A stretch of 62,823 bases of DNA, the filler included, from Klebsormidium nitens (taxonomy: Eukaryota; Plantae; Klebsormidiophyceae): assembly GCA_000708835.1 (NCBI GenBank). It is 6 parts of 6 records of this genome, joined end to end, with 100 filler letters (N's around TTAATTAATTAA, not from the genome) between each part and the next. Parts side by side here need not be neighbours in the genome. Positions count along the whole stretch, not along the records: positions 21,031 to 44,960 come from DF237607.1; positions 45,061 to 54,302 come from DF238021.1; 4 more parts are not named here. One strand, written 5' to 3'. Below, in pieces: positions 34,201 through 45,143 of the stretch; positions within the stretch are counted from its first letter, which is position 1; every line of letters begins with the position of its first letter. Below the pieces are notes generated by a model. It was not told the DNA's origin, did no database searches, and was given only the letters and a program-made list of their open reading frames with translations. The translations under genes were made by a program, and so were the position numbers.

Positions 34201-35355
34201 AAGCCTGCACGCAAGATGAAAGTTGTGTTTCAGCACTCATGAGTGACGGCACTCAAAAGTCTGCTACTGTGGTCCTGATGCTAAAAGCTGACCTGTGCGC
34301 CGTGTTGCACTCGAGTAGGATGAAAGGAGCATCAGCAGAGTCTCTTCTCAAATTCTCTTCTCATGCTGAGCATACATTGGCATTAAAGCAGAGACTGGCT
34401 GACAGGGGCCATACCCTGCAAAGGGTGTGTCAAATATCATGGGCAGAACCATGTCCCAGGGGCTCATTTTTCCCAGACTTCAAAGCAAGCTTCTGAAACA
34501 GCCCGTCCAGAAGCAGGATTAATGTAAAGAAGGCCTGCTTTGGACCAGTAGCTCTGATACTGATGGGAAGAACACGTTGCGTGGCATGAACTGCAAACAA
34601 AGCCAGATACAAAACCCTCCTTGGCGTGTGCCCCGGCGCTCTCTTGAGAAACATCGGCGAGCAGCAGGACCAATCCCTGCAGCACAAGATTGACAGCAGA
34701 ACGCTGCTCATGATCATTCCCATCTGTGCGCTGGTTTGCAGGGCTGCTCCAAGGTGAAGATCTCTGCACAAGACAGCACAAGACAGCTCTCCATGCGCCA
34801 GACGACGGAAGACATACCTGGGGTCTGCTGCAGCTTCAGCTTTTCCACCTCCACCTGCGCGAGCGCAGTCAGTCGCTGCTCCAGCACGGCCTTCTGCTGC
34901 TCCAGCGAGGCCTTCTGCTGCTCCATCGAGACCAGTCTTTGCTCCAACAAATCTGTGCTCTTGCCATTAGCCGCAGCCGCAGCCGCAGCAGCAGCCACAG
35001 CATCGATCTGCTTCTCCAGACGTTCGATTCTCTTCTCCGCACGCTCAACACTCGACTTGAGAGCCTGGGCCTCTTCCTTGAGCTCTGCCACCTGAGGCTT
35101 AATGTCATCCCCATTAGAACTTCCGGTAGACTCTGCTCTTCCCCGGGGGGTCTCTGCCCTCGGCGAGAGGCGCCTCAGTCCTGACCCCACCCTGTACTCG
35201 GAGTGGAACCGGCCCAGCCTCGATCCCTCAAACAGAGGGCGAGGAAGTGCCCTGAAAGCGAATCGATGGGGAGTTGCGCGGGCGATGTCTGCATGCCCGC
35301 ACGAAAACGAAGCCTTCGCCCCGGCCGCCTTGAGGAGCACTGCAGCAGACGCCAT
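31267..35355 (-). CDS. Crinkler/RHS-type P-loop NTPase plus restriction-endonuclease-fold protein with transit-peptide-like N-terminus and coiled coil (674 aa, 6 exons)
   Basis: Exons 35355-34818, 33507-33274, 33130-32956, 32744-32648, 32451-32324, 32119-31267, all GT-AG and phase-consistent. Walker A GNPGIGKS, Walker B YLVDG, LYMDVW...EL, WGGIPRYV, SHKVLHL, AVDS...LFQVT. Confidence 0.85.
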
Positions 35356-35987
35356 AGAACCTCACCAGCAAGAGACCAGTGAATGCAGCGCTTGAGCCCT
35401 TCCAACCTGCCACTCAGCCATCGCACTTGACTTCGACCACGATGTTGGTCGCAGAAGCTGAGGCCCAGAAGGGGGCTAGATTCAGGGGTGCCAAGCGTCG
35501 ATATGCCCGATTCAGGGGGTCAACCTTTCTCACAGTGGGCGAGCTTTTTCAGGACGAATCAAGCGACAATGGAGCGACCATTTTAAGGTGAAAATTTCCG
35601 GGAGGTTCTGTGCTCGTCTATGATGTTGTGCCCAGGAAAATCACGAATCTCCTCTGTGGCGGCCATCCTGCTTCGAGAGTAACCTTTCCACTCTGGCCTT
35701 TGCTCATGCAATGGCACTAAGTATCCCAAAGCTCTGGCGGGAGTTCTCTACTTGCGTCTCTCGTTGCTGGAAAATTCTTGCACTGCCCTCCAAGGGCTAA
35801 CTTGAAACCAGAAGGTACTGAAGTGAGGAGGTTTGATGAGATACATTCCCTGTCATGGTCTTATTACATACATATTCCCAACACTCCATCCCAAATGGAA
35901 AACCCCTATATCATATCTGTTGTCTTTTTCTACGCCGAATAGGCTGACTCGTACGGATATATTACACTCGTTACGGCAGACTCGCCG

Positions 35988-36077
35988 ATACGTGGCGTTC
36001 TCTGAGCGAATACGTGGTGCAATTTCAACTCTCAGCAAAATACGTGGTGCACTCTGAGCAAATACGTGGTGCACTCG
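35988..36077. repeat. Four short repeats of ATACGTGG(TGCA)
   Basis: Copies at ~35988, 36010, 36040 and 36062, in the intergenic region between divergent genes. Confidence 0.7.
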
Positions 36078-36275
36078 CGCAATATTCAGTCTGTGACTGT
36101 ACACAAGTTCACTGAATCGCGGGTATATAAGGCGAACGCGAATCTTCCGAAACTTGATTCCGACTCGGTCATAATAGCTAGATTTGAACGTCCCGAGTCC
36201 GACCGACCCCGCCTGCGCAGCCCCGGCCATCGGCGAGTACCGTCCATACCTACATTCTGAGCGACTCAGGCTGGC

Positions 36276-37934
36276 ATGACGGGGGTGTACCAGGCCAAGT
36301 CACCGGGTGAAGGTTTTTGCCCGACTTCGTGGAATCATGTTGCCACAGGGAAATTCATCATCGATCCAAGGCTGCTCATAGTCGACTCCACTGCCTTCAA
36401 GTGTTCAATATGCATTGAAGCAGTCTCTCTTGAGCTCCAAAAACGGAACCTGCAAGATCTCCTTTAGAAAATCACAGCAAGCAAACCTCAGCGGCTTTGC
36501 TGTCTCCACCAAGGTAAAGGGAAGCGGCAAAAATCAGCCTGTGTGCCTTGCCTGCATAGAGCGCTGGGTGGGAACAGTCACGGTCACAAAGACCGTGGTC
36601 GGCGTTCTGCCAGCTGGATGGGTGGGTCCGCCAGAGGTTTGGTTCGACCGCACCCAGCATACCGACCCATGGCGCCAGCGGAAAATTCTACTGGGAGAAG
36701 AGGTGATGCGGCTGCAGATGATGGATGCCAAGAGCAGGGAAGCAACAGGCGGGTTGTGCAGCAAGTCTGCAGCCGAGGCTGCTCTGAACCGGGGCGCCAG
36801 GCAGGAGAGATCCCGCGGAAGCTCCCACAGGCGGTGAGTATCTGTATTGGCAGAGGGCGTTGTAGCTGCTCTAGTATTCGCTAGTTGAATCGAGCGATAG
36901 TTTTACTTGAAGAATCAATGCTGTTTGTAGATGCTATGCAAGAGTATGTACCGGGGTGTCCAATGCTGATTGCGCGTGCGAATTTGAAGAGCGCAAACAA
37001 ATGGAACATGGCTTTATGTCTTGCCAGCAATTCAGCTGGTCGTCAATTGGGCCTTCTGAATACCTAAGTCAATGTCCTTGCTGCTTAGAAAACCACGTGC
37101 TCTGTTGAGAGTAGAAGCATGTGATGAATTGACGTCTCTGTTTCATTGCCGTTGATTTAAAGGTTGGCAACGTTACCACCTGAGGTGGTACATTTGAGGG
37201 ATTGGTTGTATGATCTGTCAAATATCATGACCACATGTATTTATCGACACTGATTAAACCACGCACGCGCAAGTGGCGCATCCACCATAGCCTGCAACTT
37301 TTTCTGGTCAAATCATGTTTTGGAGCTGCGGATACACAAGCTCTTATTCTATTGCGGGTCAGTTTGACATTGGCAGCTGACTGTAGTTGCTGCAATGCAC
37401 TATGTAGACCGCAGATTGACCTGTGAACTTTGCTCAGTCCTGAACATTTACACTTGCAGAGCACTCAATACTCATTGACAAGGTTTCCGCAAGCAACATC
37501 ACTGGAGTATAATCTATTGGGCAACACTTTGGCAATCGACTAACCATGGTCTTTTATCTCTTTGTAGGCTTGCTGCAAAGCAGAAGAGGCCCGGGATGCA
37601 GATGGGCAGCTCATGCTTGCCGCTCAAGCTGCACGGTTTCAATGCCAGTCTCGCAACGGGCAAATGCTCTATCTACAGCGTTGGCGAGGAGGGTTCTAGC
37701 AACTCTGTGTTCTTGATGACTGCTTGGAACCACAATTCTGCCAGGCCAAAGCCTCTGGGGCGGCCCACCAAGAGCAATGCCTTGCTCGAGACGGTCTACT
37801 GGGACACGACGGGAAACCCGAGTTGCACCTGCGATCGTGGCCGTTTGAGCTTTGGTGCAGCTTGCGTTCACAAATTGGCCTTGCAAGCGCTCCAGGAACG
37901 TCGGCAATCGAGCCATGTCTCATCGTCGGACTAA
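36276..37934 (+). CDS. Spliced Cys-rich gene ending in a SWIM zinc finger
   Basis: CSIC and CLAC pairs in the first part, GTGAG donor near 36834, last exon SCTCDRGRLSFGAACVHKLAL (CxC...CxH). Exon structure is uncertain. Confidence 0.5.
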
Positions 37935-38609
37935 CTGTGGCGCCCCGAAATCCTACCGAAACACCTCGGATACCTATCCCGAGAGCGGCCCACTCTTGCA
38001 CGGGATGATTCCGGGACCCAAGACCTCACGCACGGGACCATTCCGGGACCCTCGTTATCGCGTACGCAACAATTGTCGCCGGCTGACACCGGTTTCGGCA
38101 CATAGATCGGTTACAGCCGGGCAGATGGGCAGCCGGCCGATGGTGTTCGGGCAACCCCGGTATGCGGGTGACCTTAACGCTGTAGCTTGTGTACGGGCGA
38201 CCGGTAACCGTTACGGTAGTCCCCACCGTGGCCGCAGGGCACAGGCTCTCAAATCATCGCAACTATTAGCGCCCAGTCTCGGTTCACAGATGGGTAGGTT
38301 TTACATCGAAGCCTACCCTAGTACAGTACAGTAGCACTGAGCTGTGAGTAGCAGTAGCACACTGGCTGTGACAATGGTGCCTGTCAACACGTCTTGATGA
38401 GTCTTGAAAGATCACAAAGGCAACTGGAGGCTCGGCACTTCATCGAGGTTCATGAGCAAGAAGTCAAAAATGCTCAAGCTCCTCCGTTAACAGGCTTCAT
38501 TCAAGGCTAAACTCCAATGTATCTTGCTCTAAAAGCTTTGCCCTATTCTTGCTAGATCAGTAAGGCTCAGAGTCCTTTCTTCTCTCAAGCTACAGATTCT
38601 AGCGCAGCA

Positions 38610-41600
38610 ATGGCGTCAGGAAGCGTACTTTGCTCAGCCTCGCCCAGTGGCCCGGCAGTTGCCGCAAAAGATGATCCTAACAAAGAAATAGGCTTCATGC
38701 TGCGGAACCATCTCAAGGTGCACATTATTGGGGGGCATTCTTTCAACGTCTGTTGGCTGGGTCCAGCCCAAGTCTCGGGAAAATACCGGAAGAGAACAGG
38801 GGTGGCATGCGTCACAATCTGTTTCGAATTTCTGAAACAGATGCAAGAGGCGGGCATTACCTGCATGCAGCAGCTGGTCTATGCAGTCACCTCAGGAAAG
38901 ATCATGGAAGAAGCAATAGAGGCAACAGCAAAGGCGAGAAAAGCAGCTCATCGGGACTATCAGGTGATACCCGATGCCTTCGAGCGTTATAAGAATGTGC
39001 TAGAAAAGGACGGGGAAAAAGAACAGTGGGGCTCTCTCATTGATACTCTCACTTTGTACCCCTTCCCTCAAGCGGGTCAGGAAGGAACCATCTATGAGTA
39101 CCTCCCAAACCTGATTGATCCAACCAAAGGTTTCCAATCGGACAGGATCCGTATGGCACTCAGTGCTGACCTATGGGGCTGCAGATGGGTGCGGCCACAC
39201 GTTCCTTGTTGTGTGGCAAGGGTCTCTGCTCTTCTTCATCGACTCATTGTCAAATGGACTGGACGGAGCTTCTCAGAGGGCTTTCATGATAGTGTGCAGA
39301 AGCTCTGACGATGTGAAGAGGTATCTTGACTATAGGTTCCGTGTGAGAAAGCGTTTCCCAGTGCATGAGCCAGAGGGAGAAGAGTTGGCAAAGCTCAAGG
39401 CACAGGCCGCCGCGGCGGCAGCGGCGGCAGCGGAGACAGAGAATGCAGATTTGCAATGGGGCAGTGGGCCCTATACAAAGTACCAGATCGAACTATCCTT
39501 CTTCAAGCTCAGAGCTTTGGGACCCGCAGAGAGAGGTCCTCGGAGACAGCGGCAGAGCATTGAAGCAGCAGAGCAGGAGAGGGACAAAGCAACAGAAGCT
39601 CAGCCCCAGAGCAACGCAGAAGATCCGACAATGCTTAGGAAGGAGATGCAGGAGAAGGACCGGGTAATGGTGAACCTTCTACAGTGCCACGACGAACTCC
39701 AAGCAAAGCTCAAGCAAGTATCTGACCAGCTCGCTGAGGAACAGAGGGGGGGCCAAGAGAGAATGCGGGTGGCGAAGGAAGCAGAAAAGAACTTGCAAGG
39801 GCAGATCCAATCCCAGAACACAGAGCTTGGAAAGGCTCTTGATAGGGCAAAGGAAAAGGCGAGGGAATGGAGGGACGCACAGAAACAGTTATCGTCAAAC
39901 CGAGGACTTTTGAAACAAAGAGATACGGAGGTCAAGAACCTCAAAGAGAGATTGAAAGCAGCAGAGCAGCAGCAGAGCGGGAATCTGGGGAAGGGGGCCA
40001 AAGATGCGGGCGTCGCCGCCGCTCATGAGAGGGAACTGGAAGAAATCAAGAAGCTTCTTAAGGAGAAGGAGGCCACGATTAAGTCATTGCTAGGCAAGCA
40101 GGACCAGAGGGCTGGAGAGGTCGCAGATCTACGGAAGGAACGGGATGGACTTCTAAAACAAGTCACGAGCCAGTCCGACAAAGCAAGACAGGCCATCGAG
40201 ACGGAGAAGCAAGCGGCCGAGACTGAGGCCGCGAAACGACAAAAGCCGGAGCTCGAACTATGGGATGTCAAGCAGCAGCTGAACAAGTTGCGGGATCAAG
40301 AGAAAGGGTGGACTAACGAAACGGTTGGGCTCCAGAAAAAGCTGGAGGATGCAAAAAATGCAGCAGCAAAAGAAGCAAAGGGTCGAGCGGATGTGGAAGA
40401 AGACCTTAAGGAGCGCTTGCGGGCTTCTGAAAAGCTGGTCGATGAGCTCCAGGATAGAGTGAAGGACCGTCTGAGAAGAACGGGGTCGCTGCGGCAGCCG
40501 GGGAAGTGGAGGGGCAGAGAAAGAAAAGGGAAGAGCTCCGGGCGCAGGAGGAGCAGAAATGGTCCCAGAAAATGGCTGAGCTTCAGCAGAAATATAGTGC
40601 GGCCACGGAGAGAGAGAGGCTGGCGATTGAACGGGAGAAGACATTACAGGGGCAGCTGCGCGACTTGAAAGAAAGTAGGGTAGCGGAGCTTGAAAAGTTA
40701 AGGGGGGAGATCGAGGCCGAGCTTGCGTCGGGCGTGGAGACTATAGACAGGATCGCTGAAGCGAAGGTGAAGGCCGTCGAGAAAAAGCTGGCCAAGTTTC
40801 AAGCAGACTTATCAAACTCCACAGCCTCGCTTCGGAGGCTATCTGTGGGTGACAAATATCAACGAGAGCAGGTGAGCATGCGTGGCAAAACAACTTTGAC
40901 TTTGCAATGCCCGTGTACGCTCCGATTTCACGGAACAGTAGAACTTCCGTTTTTTCCACTTTAGTACTTGGTAATTGCTCGCAGGTCTAGCAACAGCCCA
41001 TCCTAACCGCTCTGGCTTGTTGCTGTCTCGTGTTGCTACATAAATGACCGGCCAACTGAACACCACTGGCTGTTGTGTTGTGCAGCTCTCAAGCGGAAAC
41101 CCCAGAATCCTGCGGTTGTTATCGACGCGTGCAGCCATCTGATAGTGGATTCTGGGATGCTAAAGGAGAACCAGGATGCCATCCAAGAGAAACTGGAAAC
41201 AGTTCTAGGAGGAAGGGATCCGGGAAACAAGAATGTAGCCAACGATGTCCGCAAGTATCTGACCTACTTCCTCCGGGGTTTTGTGCCTGTGCTGCTGGAT
41301 GACAAAGAGGAGTTGACTGGGCGGGTACTAAGCAACCCTAAACCCGTTTCCAGCCCTAAGATAGGGGCTCGTCTGAAGAAGCGGAAGAAGATAGTGGGGG
41401 TGGAAAAGGCGGTTGGTGTGGATGAGGGAATGCTGGGAGGGAGCACTCAGCCTCCGGCAGAGAGTGTTGAGAAGGACAGAGAAATTGCAGCGGCAAAGTT
41501 GGAGGCCGACACACTAAAACAACAGCTCGAGGAAAGCAACGGGGGGTTGCAGAATCGTGAGGAAACTGTCAAGAAGCTGAGCCAAAAGGTCAAGAGGTTG

Positions 41601-42959
41601 AAGAAGGAGCTTGAGGAGAAGGAAACGGTGAGGAGAGAGAGCCTGTCCCTGGCCCTTAGCCGTTGTTCGCTGAAATATTGCTTGGTGAAGCCCATCCTTC
41701 CTTGAACCACTGTCTTGAAGCTGCGGATTGCTTGGTGCTTGGAGAATGCCCCCTTGCAGTTCCAGGTGAAGGCTGTCAGGGTATCTTGACGGTTTGCTTG
41801 GTGCTTGTAGGAAGCCGCCCCCTTGCAGTTCCAGGTGAAGGAGTTGGACGCTTTTGTGAAAGCGTACAAGAGGGACATTGACCGGCTGAAGGAAGAGCTC
41901 AGCACCGAGAAGCTGAGGAACGTCAAGATTGGGGTGAGTAATCACCACGTTCACCGGCCATTCAAAGACTGAGCTTGCACCTTCACTTGGTTCATTGTCC
42001 TGAGGAATCTCCAAGGGGCTGCAGCAGTTCTGAGACTGGGTTCTGACCATGGATTGCAAGGGCGGCTGGATAGGTACTGATCACTACACTCCGTGTCCTG
42101 CAGCTGGATCTTGGCCACGGTCAGAGGCCTTATGTGCGGGCGCTCGACTTTGCCATCCGTGCGGCTGTCTTGGCTGTGTCCGTTGAGGGTACTGCTGGCA
42201 GGCTTCTGTACCGCCCTGGTTATACCCTCCTCACATATGCCCTGAAGCTCGGGCTGCTGAGGAAAGTAGATATAGACGTGCTGCACGCCTGGCAGGATTG
42301 GGACTGGGACGTGAAGCAGGTAGGGCAGATGTGCGGGAAAGACAGCACGAAGGATGAGAAAGTCGATGCCAAGTTTGTGATGGGTGCTCTCTTGGGTCGG
42401 CACCCTCTTCGGGGCACCGACCACCCTGTGCTCAGCAAGGAAGAAGCAGAGAGCATGGAGAAGCAGCTGCAGGATCTGGAGGAGCTGCAAGGGCAGAAGA
42501 ACTACCCCAGGTCGAGCCTCTACAACGGCTTTCTGGCCTGGGTCACGCGGTCGCTAGAGGAATACGGGCTCTGGAACGACGAGGTAAGCCAACTCTGTTG
42601 AAACGCACCTTGATGAGTGTCCACTAACAAAGGCAAGGCAGTTGTGTCTTTGTTTGAGAAGCTTTTATTATAAGAGTACGAATCAGTCGCCTAATAGTCG
42701 ATGTGATTCAGCCGCAAGTGTCATGACCACGAGTTTCTCATGTCTCCAGCGGAGTTACAAGAAGCGGCAGGAGTCATCAGCAGGCATCCAGAACGAGACC
42801 GAGGAGTGGTACATGCTGTGCAAGGACTCGTACTTGAAGTCTGTCACCTTGAAAGTAGGGCAGGTTGAAAGTGTCAAGAGGGGTGGGTATACGATACCCA
42901 TGGCAGCGTGTGCATACTCTACAGTGCGGCCTAGAATTGTTGAAGTCTTAGACGTATAG
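38610..42959 (+). CDS. Large spliced gene: putative papain-fold (herpes tegument USP/C76-like) protease domain followed by long coiled coils
   Basis: TGVACVTICFEFL (candidate Cys), GHTFLVVWQGSLLFFIDSL (candidate His/Asp), extensive heptad E/K/Q regions, several GT-AG junctions, one apparent frameshift near 40465. Confidence 0.5.
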
Positions 42960-43762
42960 TGTCTGAAAGTGCACACGTGGGCACACGGCTCTGAACACGA
43001 GACGATTGTTGTGTAGATTGTACCCAGATGATGCTTCGTTCAAGACCTCCTTGATGTGAATAATGCCCTCGAAGCCTCACTCTTGCCCACTCTCACTTTC
43101 GGTCCCTCTGGATCTTCCACAGGGTAACAGGATGCAATTTTGACAGTGCGTCTTTGCATATGTCAAAAATTCGAAACTGAATGTCAGCCCAATCATGCTT
43201 CGGGTAGTATTGGTTGACAGGACCCGCAGCACGACACTTGCACATGAGTCTGCATTTGCTGGAGTCTCTGCTGTGAACGTAGTGCATGGGAGTATTAATC
43301 TCCCTTCAATAAGCGGTTCGGATGTAGCCGTAGCTACACCGGGCAATTGTTATTACAGTTTTCGTTGAAAGTGTCGCAGGTTGCGTGTAACGCTCGATTT
43401 TGATCAGGTGCGTTTGCTGCGTTTAAATGACCCAACTTTTTCCTAGGGAGATGGTATGCTAACAGCCAATGTTGCATCACTGGGCTTCAATGACCTTGGA
43501 GCGGTATACATGCGTGGTACACGGGAACTGCAGTCGGCTGGTCGAATCGCATGAATCTCATAAACAACGGGAATCTAAGTGCCACCGTGGCTCCGTTGAA
43601 AGAAACCGTCGGGCCGAATCTTACCACATTTGTTTTCCCCGGGCACTAATAGCCCTTCACAGCATTATAACGGGTGCCCGGTGCAGTCACGGTACCATCC
43701 AAGCAGCCTAGGACAAGTGAAAAGGGGTGAACTTGAAAGGAGCAAGATTAGATTATTTCACC

Positions 43763-44457
43763 ATGTCTGCTCCTTTGAAGGATGCTTGCGGACATCCCAC
43801 AGCAGCGCCAATAAAGGTGACAAGAAAGGACTTAACCGAATACGTCGACCAGGTCAACGTACTCTTGCAGCAGGGGCAAGTGCCAGATGTTGACGCAGAG
43901 TACGACTGGCATGTATACACTGTCAGAAGCCAGACGTTTGCTGCTCATGAGAGTGTAGTTGTCACGCATGACAAGAAACACTACACGTCCCTTGAGCTTG
44001 GTTTTGGTGGGAGCAGTCAACGTATGTTTGTGCGCCCTGTAGTGCAGGGATACTTGGACGACGTTGGGAAGTTGAGAGAGCGAGGCATCAAAAGAGCAAG
44101 TTTTCGAATCCTGCACTGTGTGCAGATAAAGGTATGTTTTCTGTTTCATCTGGAAGATTGGCATCAATAACCACTAAGCTTTGAGGCGTTTGATGGAGTT
44201 CTGTTTGCATGCACTGCCGCAACATTTACTTTGCTCTTCTAACATTTCTGTAACGTGTCCAGGTTCTTGTGGAGTTAGGAGACTATACGGCAATCCACAA
44301 CAACTGCCAGAAGTTTTGCACTCTTTTGCTGGCAGAGCTAGGTCTCGCTCGAGGGGACCTTTTGGAAGAGGATTCGAATAAGGCGCTTGCTGCAACCGTT
44401 ACTGTTCTTGCGGTAGTTGGCATAATTCTGGCATTTGAGTATCAGAAAAAATCCTAG
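43763..44457 (+). CDS. Permuted papain-like (PPPDE/LRAT-like) peptidase with C-terminal hydrophobic anchor (187 aa, 2 exons)
   Basis: Exons 43763-44131 and 44263-44457 (phase 0); AHESVVV and YTAIHNNCQKF motifs; tail LAATVTVLAVVGIILAF. Confidence 0.6.
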
Positions 44458-44478
44458 GTACTACTCATATTAGATCGA

Positions 44479-44706
44479 ATGGGCTACAATATTGATGTGG
44501 CAGTGCAAATGTTGCCGAATGGAAAAGTACGAGCGCAGCAGCTGGAATTTAGTGAACAGCCGAATGTGGAGCGTCTTCTATCTCGGCTTTTTGGGGCCAG
44601 AGGGGGATACCAGCAGGACTTTAGGGTTTTGAACGGTGTCGTGGAGTTGCCTCCTGCTTGTTTGCTTGACAACAGGATGTACGTGTTGGTTGTGCGGAAA
44701 AAATAA
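44479..44706 (+). CDS. Small hypothetical protein (75 aa)
   Basis: Clean ORF 21 nt after the peptidase stop, inside the insertion. Confidence 0.4.
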   Translation: MGYNIDVAVQMLPNGKVRAQQLEFSEQPNVERLLSRLFGARGGYQQDFRVLNGVVELPPACLLDNRMYVLVVRKK

Positions 44707-44960
44707 GTGGGCGTTAAACCTTTTAAAGTGGCTTGCTCCTTGGACCCTTGCTCTCAGCGTGCCCCGTCACACACGGTATAGAGACCTTCATCCAAAGGCA
44801 CCATGTCAGTCCCTCCGATGGGACCTCAGTGAATCAGTTCGCGGGGTGTTCCGCAGGTGTACTCGTTATGGGCCGAAGGTCTATGGCATAGCTGAGGAAT
44901 CACAGCAAGTGTTGTCCTAAATTCAACAGTTTCTTCTGGTACCAGGCCTGCCTGGCGGCT

Positions 44961-45060
44961 NNNNNNNNNNNNNNNNNNNNNNNNNNNNNNNNNNNNNNNN
45001 NNNNTTAATTAATTAANNNNNNNNNNNNNNNNNNNNNNNNNNNNNNNNNNNNNNNNNNNN
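44961..45060. other. Artificial scaffold linker
   Basis: 100 nt N/TTAATTAATTAA/N. Confidence 0.97.
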
Positions 45061-45133
45061 GGAAGCTGAATGCGAAGAAAGTGGCGACGACGAGCGCGCC
45101 CGCCATGCATAGCTTCTTGACGAAGAGGTCCAT
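45061..45133 (-). CDS. 5' fragment of a small hydrophobic protein
   Basis: MDLFVKKLCMAGALVVATFFAFSF begins 10 nt after the Topo II stop and runs into the linker. Confidence 0.4.
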
Positions 45134-45143
45134 CTTGAGAGAG

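Larger units (their letters stand above)
43501..44737. mobile_element. 1.24-kb insertion flanked by a 7-bp direct repeat (CCTTGGA) within the dispersed repeat
   Basis: CCTTGGA at 43494-43500 and 44738-44744; the copy at 24367-24730 has a single CCTTGGA and no insert. Confidence 0.65.
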
